Position numbers and translations under genes: made by a program. A model generated the notes under the pieces. That model had not been told where the DNA came from, searched no databases, and saw only the letters and a list, made by a program, of their open reading frames with translations. From assembly GCA_964016885.1 (NCBI GenBank), contig OZ024742.1:63364001-63428000 (forward strand): a DNA stretch of 64,000 nt. The letters are read 5' to 3'. Each line of letters opens with the position of its first letter. Position 1 is the stretch's first letter. This document shows positions 55,150-64,000 of this stretch, piece by piece. The DNA comes from Eledone cirrhosa (lineage: Eukaryota).

Positions 55150-57540
55150 TTAAACAAAGCTAGAGAGGCGATTTGAAGATATAGGTTTTAAAGCTCTAAA
55201 CTCCAAACTACACCAGCTGAAACAACTCAACAGCTACAACCAAAATCCTAAAATATAAATCTACAGCATATAAACAGTAAATGCTGAATGGGTTATTTGC
55301 CAGAGATCCCAAGTCAGTTTATCATAGCTTCAATGAGAAAAGTTCAATCTCTGTAAAAGACACCCCTACAAAAGATCAGGTTGAGCGCTACTGATGATCT
55401 GTATGGGAAACAAATGGTGAATTCAACAAACAAGCTGTATTGCTAAATGAACTGCCAGCGTGTCCAACAAAAGCAATGTGAAATAGACGGCGCAATACTG
55501 GAAACAATTCTATAGAAAATGTCAAACAAGAAAACCCCATGCCTAGACAGCAGAGCAGGTTACTGAATAATTTCACCTTTTATCGGCGAGATCTCATACG
55601 GTTTTATTGAGAAAGTATTAAGAGCACACAAGAACTACCCCAATGGTTATCAACTGCCCCTACTCTCCTCATCCTTCAAAATAGCCAAACCACCCTTGCT
55701 AAAAATCACCGCCCAATAGCCTGCCAGAACATCATGCACAAATTATACACTGGGTTCCTCAATCCGTTCTTGCGGGATCATTGTACCACCAACAAAATTA
55801 TAATATCTGAGCAAGTTGGCTTAAAGAAGGAGGTGTATGGCTGTATAGAGCGGATACCAATTAACAAAATGATGCAAGAAAAAGCTTTAAAGAATCACAG
55901 GAACTTAAACCAGAAGGGTTTCGATAGTATACCACATGGGTGGATTATCAAGAATTTAGAGTTAGCAAAAGTCCCACAACCACAAGTAGCTGCTATCGAA
56001 CACCTGGCCAAGACTTGGTACACCACTTTGCTCCTTGGGACTAATAAGGAGCAAATTGAGTATGATAGCATTAACTATCAAAAAGGCACTTTTCAGGATG
56101 ATAGCTCCGCCTTTTTATTAAACCCACTATTATACCTGCTCACAAAACATAATGGCCATAAAAATGGATCCAGAAGTATCTCACATCTTTTCTTTTCGAT
56201 GACCTGAAATTGAATGGACCAAATAACAACATGAAAAAACATTTAGACCTTATAACCCAATTTTCTACTGACATTAGTATGAAATTTGGTGACTCCAAAT
56301 GAGCATTTTTTACAATAAAATGTGGAAAGTTGTGCTCTCCTCTGAAAACTTAAACATGAACGGCTTGACGATACATCCTCTACAGTCAGGTAACAATTAT
56401 ATGTCTCTTGGACAAGATGAACATGTCAGATATGCTGGACCAATAAATACGGAGAGGACCAGGAGTGAATACTTTAGAAGAGCAAAGAGAATATTGTCAT
56501 TAGATGTCTCAGCGTACAAGAAGCACATTGCCGATAATACTTTTGTAATATTTGGCCTGCTTAACTGGTTAATGCAATAACTGAGTAAGATGGATATAAG
56601 GACTCGCAAGCTGCATGATGTATCTGGAAACTTTAACATCAATGGTGATGGAGATAGGCTATAGGCTATATTTCTTACGCAAGGAGTGTGGTCGGGGGCG
56701 GGTGGTTGTTAAATTCTATGTTCACGTCATACGAGACCCGGATAACAGCACTGAAGCAACATGTTCAACGGAAGAAAAGGGTCTGTAGGCATCTTGCCCA
56801 GGTTTATGAGCATGAAAATAATAATTGTTTCTACTTTTGGCACAAGGCCAGCAATTATTTCAGTACATTACTGGTACTTTATGTTATCGACCCCGTAAGA
56901 ATGAAAGGCAAAGTGAACCTCGGCGAGATTTGCCAATCGCCCGCCCTTAGAGCATGAAAATAATAATATTGATAGGAAAGCCATTGATCTAGAAGAGAGA
57001 CATGAAATAAAACCTGATACAAATCTTTCTCCCAGGAAAATTGGAAGACTCTACTCTATGCTCAAACACAATTTTAGAAAATGGACCAATTCACTAAGAA
57101 GCTTGTACAAGGGTACTTGAGATGAAAAACACAAACCATAGAGGAAATAAACCACAATAAAAGCCTGACATAGAATTCCAATAAGTTCATAAAATCCCAC
57201 CTTGGAGGTTATCTCTGCACAAAAGTACCTACTGCACAAAACAGGAAGGTCTTTCAGTTGACAATAAATGTAACCTGTGCAAAACAAAGATTGAAGATGT
57301 TAGCCACATCATTGCCAACTGTGAAAGAATGGTTTTTTCGTTAATACCTCCCCACGAGGCATGATGTGATAGCTAAAACGATCTGGAATGCATTATGAAA
57401 GACGAAAATCAAATCAAATAGGTAGGAATATGTTGAGACTGATGACTCAAAGGAATACTGGTGGAACCTAAAAAAACTGCCACCAAGTTAAAGCACAGCC
57501 TGCCTGATATTGTTGTTTGGAACCACTTTAAAAACTCTCT
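55150..57540 (+). mobile_element. Decayed R4/Dong-like non-LTR element (RT, CCHC, restriction-like endonuclease start)
   Basis: NHRPIACQNIMHKLYTG, FDSIPHGWI, KGTFQDDS, SHLFF..DLKL, CNLC...EDVSHIIANC, RHD and PDIVVW. It follows a (TACA)n tract. Confidence 0.8.
56826..56949 (-). mobile_element. SINE nested in the R4-like element, 18-bp TSD
   Basis: GAGCATGAAAATAATAAT at 56808-56825 and 56950-56967. Confidence 0.85.
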
Positions 57541-57599
57541 CTATTGATAAAAAAAAATTATAAAATTATAAAACATACATAAATACATACATAATAGCT

Positions 57600-58350
57600 G
57601 CAAACTTATGTTCGAGGATTGCCATTCCTTGATGAACTGTTCAAAAATGTGAGGCACGAATATAAAACCATCCAAAGATTTACATTCTCTGGTGCATACA
57701 TGGAAACTTTAGATTCCTATGGGATTTTTCACTTTTTAGTTCTGACTGTGCGTTCTCGTGTGTCTTTTAAGACCTCCCAAGCTTGCACATTTCATACCAC
57801 ATTTCCTACACTTTTTCAGATCATGCTGTTTATAATCTACATGAAGACTTTGTTCTTGTCTTATCAGACCAGCTTTGCTCAGGCAAACTCGACCACAGTG
57901 CTGGCAAACCAGATGCTGCTCAATAGCAGGCAATTCAAAACAGTCCCTTTTCCTCACCGTCCTTTTCAGTGTTTGGTATTCCCTTCGATGAGTTTTAAAG
58001 TGTTCACTTCTGACTTAATCAAACGTCTCCATTTCGCACGATACTCACGTATGTTCTTCCATTCATCAGACGTAATTTCAGTGCAAGTCAAGGGGTCCCT
58101 GACACAGTCCCAGTACCGTATTTTTGGTTTGTATGGTGGTCGCCTTCCTTCGCACAATTCACTGTAGAGAAGTTGCTTTGGAATACGATCATCAGACATC
58201 CGTACTACGTGACCACACCACCTCAAACGATGCCGAAAGATCATGCTATTTATACTCATGCACCTGCTCCATTCGAGAACTTGCAAAACGCTGACGAACA
58301 TTTTCCATCGAACCCTAAGTATCTTACGAAGAGATTATTGGTAAAACCTC
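57600..58350 (-). mobile_element. RTE (BovB-like) LINE 3' fragment with two C-terminal C2H2-type fingers
   Basis: RLRWCGHVVRMSDDRIPKQLLYSEL, then CQHCGRVCLSKAGLIRQEQSLH and CRKCGMKCASLGGLKRHTRTH. Confidence 0.8.
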
Positions 58351-58354
58351 TCCA

Positions 58355-58945
58355 GTGAAAATGCAGGCATAACAGACCAGATATAATGATATGGGACAGG
58401 GAAAAGAAGGCATGCACAGACAGTGGTGGAAGTTAGCTGCCCTGTAGATGCCAATATAATATTAAAGATTAACGAAAAGGAGAATATCTATGCAGAACTA
58501 ATGAGAAATCTGCAAATACTCCACCCTGACTATACCTTCAGATTTATACCTGTGGTTATTGGAGAACTAGGGTATGTTAGTAACTGCCTCAGTACAAATC
58601 TTGGGAAGCTGGGCTTCACAGTAACAGAAAAACACGACTAGTTAAGAAATTACAAGTGCAATCTATTAATGAAACAGTAAAAATATATAATACATTCCAA
58701 ACGTCCTGCATCTAATAACTGCATATACACATGTACAGATACAAAGCATGTACACATGCACACCTATAACTCAAACCATACACCTCCACACATACAATAA
58801 CATCCATACCTGCACATACATGCATGCAGACATGCATACATATCTACCTAGTTGATGTCTAAATTCCAATGAGAGTCTTGTGTCTATGTTAGAAACCGAC
58901 TCTCTCTTTATTGGTAAAAATTTGTGAAATAATAAAACCAGAAGA
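58355..58945 (+). mobile_element. R4/Dong-like RLE C-terminus and 3' UTR (second element)
   Basis: HNRPDIMIWDR...VVEVSCPVD...EKENIY...FIPVVIGELG, a PD..(D/E) endonuclease. Confidence 0.75.
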
Positions 58946-59367
58946 ACATGCATACATATATATATACATATATTCATACATACATTCTGACATACTTACA
59001 TAACAGAATAAATAAATTGGTGGTGCGTTAAAGTGTTCTATTTCATTATTATTGTATTATGTACTTTAGAGTTTAACTGTAGATTTTAGACAACGCATCA
59101 TGTAACAGACGGATGTAAACATCTTTTGTGTTTGTGTATATATATATGTGTCTCTGTGTGTGTATGTATACAAAAGGCAAATATATATATATAAATATAT
59201 ATATATTCCAGCATCCACTTTTCTAAAAAATAAATCATACACAAAACGCCAGCACCAACAGTTTTGCAAGAGATGTCAACATGAATGGACCTGTTATTTT
59301 TATCTAAAGACATTTTTTTCCAATTCCAACCCACCCCTTCCCTCAATCTATCTTATTTCTCATTCTT

Positions 59368-59403
59368 TCTTCTGATGAAGGACTAGCGTCCGAAACGTTA
59401 AGA
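59368..59403 (+). ncRNA. Ultra-minimal type I hammerhead with loop-less stem III
   Basis: TCTT CTGATGA A GGAC TAGC GTCC GAAA CG TT AAGA. Stem III is the palindrome AACGTT. Confidence 0.72.
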
Positions 59404-59586
59404 CCCTCTTCCTGCTATATATATATGTATAGATGTGAGATAGAGATGTGAGAAAAACCACAGACCCTCCATCTCAAATCTACTTTTGAAAAGCAGAAGA
59501 ACTGCGAAACCGGTAAAGGAACCAAATAAATATATATATTTTTTTTAAATAATACGCCAGTTGCATTTTCAATTCCATCTTTTTTT

Positions 59587-59647
<61 letters not shown>

Positions 59648-59782
59648 CATATATACACATATATATATATATACATATAATATATATATAGAGATATATA
59701 CATACATACCTACATCAGCACACATCTCTACCCACATATAAACACAATGACATACGTAAACACACATGTTCTATGGTGCAAC

Positions 59783-62649
<2,867 letters not shown>

Positions 62650-62666
62650 TATATATATACAATATA

Positions 62667-62737
62667 TATTTTATTATGCGCATTTCAAAAACAAATATCA
62701 TCATGCAATAACATTTGCGTTTTCGTCAGATAAAATA
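62667..62737 (-). ncRNA. Hammerhead in a single-arm copy of the 51.2-kb palindrome family
   Basis: Same core as 51261-51331. The copy ends at AAATCAACAT, running into (AT)n at ~62796. Confidence 0.65.
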
Positions 62738-62888
62738 GGGAGACATGATATGAAGGTTAAAACACACTTGTGAATAGTGCAGTTTTAAATCAACATATAT
62801 ATATATAAATTGATGAGCAGAACAAACAAACATTAAACAATCCTTTAAATAAATTAAAAAATAATTTAAATATCTACCTGTTCATAAT

Positions 62889-62967
62889 GCTATTACCGGC
62901 GGTTTCCATCCACAAAAGATTGGAAATTCAGAGAATTTCCAACGGAAAGTAGATTTCATCAGATAGC
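62889..62967 (-). ncRNA. Type I hammerhead with long stem II
   Basis: Minus strand reads GCTAT CTGATGA A-ATCTAC..TTGGAAATTC TCT GAATTTCCAA..GTGGAT-G GAAA CCG-C-CGG TA ATAGC. Confidence 0.72.
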
Positions 62968-63373
62968 TATTTCCTTTCTATAGGACATACGTCCCATGGT
63001 CCGCAAATATAATGCTAACTACCAGCTCGTATGAGTTATAGCCGTTAAAGTGACCCATACGTGACCTGGCCACTAGAGAAAGCGGGAATATTACAGACTT
63101 GTTGATGGCTTGGCTGCTAAAAAAATAGCAGTAAGCAACAACGAATTTTTTTCTCTACATAGATTGGAGAATATAAATATATATATAAAAGAGAGAGAGG
63201 GGGTGAAATGTCAGAGTCGTTGGAACGTCGGATAAAATGCTTTGTGGTATTCGTTTTGGCTCTCTGCTCCCTGAGTTCAAATCCCACTGAGGTCAACTTT
63301 ACCTTTCGTCCTTTCGGGGTTGATAAAAAAAAGTACTAATCTAGTCTGGGGTAGCTTCTTCTTACTTTCTCTC

Positions 63374-63444
<71 letters not shown>

Positions 63445-63589
63445 TATCCTTCTCTGAAAGACCTGGAGAGGGATGGGCTCTACTCGGCTTATAAACAATG
63501 CCGAAGAAACGCCGTATGTTGTTACGGCGCCCTTACGACTCCATCACCTGTTACGCGACCTTACCACACTATATATATATATATATAAT

Positions 63590-64000
63590 ATATAAGATCA
63601 AAAGATGGTTAAAAGAGTTCCATGTATTTTATTATGCGCATTTCAAAAACAAATATCATCATGCAATAACATTTGCGTTTTCGTCAGATAAAATAGAGAG
63701 ACATGATATGAAGGTTAAACACACACTCGTGAATAGTGCAGTTTTAAATCAACATATGTTGATTTAAAACTGCACTATTCACGAGTGTGTTTTAACCTTC
63801 ATATCATGTCTCCCTATTTTATCTGACGAAAACGCAAATGTCATCTCATGATGATATTTGTTTTTGAAATGCGCATAATAAAATACATGGAACTCTTTTA
63901 ACCATCTTTTGATCTTATATATTATTTATACTCCAGTCCTACAAACTGTAGAGTGCTACTTATCCGATATCTGCATTGCTTTATTGTACTACAATAAAAC
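63590..64000 (+). mobile_element. Second copy of the double-hammerhead palindrome (hammerheads 63625-63695 - and 63815-63885 +)
   Basis: Centre at 63755/63756, homologous to 51140-51555 in the opposite orientation. It runs off the window end. Confidence 0.88.

Overview
This 64-kb window is AT-rich, microsatellite-saturated animal genomic DNA. The dominant tRNA-derived SINE resembles octopod cephalopod repeats, so an octopus-like host is inferred. I see no convincing host protein-coding exon, and most ORF-track entries are translations of simple repeats. The window is a graveyard of retroelements: a young 5'-truncated CR1/L2-group LINE with a near-intact RT inside (TA)n, two inverted 5'-intact RTE-type LINE relics, an RT-deleted Tx1/L1 element, decayed R4/Dong-like RLE elements with nested insertions, one large and several small Penelope-like elements (PLEs), about 20 SINE copies and three DNA-transposon MITEs. 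The main hidden signal is about two dozen type I hammerhead-ribozyme motifs (some degenerate) from at least 10 unrelated sequence families, found by reading both strands by eye. Many have collapsed stem III with self-complementary loops, some have a compensatory U3-A8 core, and most sit in short fold-back (palindromic) inserts in (TA)n tracts. One ~330-bp near-perfect palindrome encodes a hammerhead on each strand and occurs twice. All coordinates were read manually and may be off by a few bases. No ribozyme activity has been tested.
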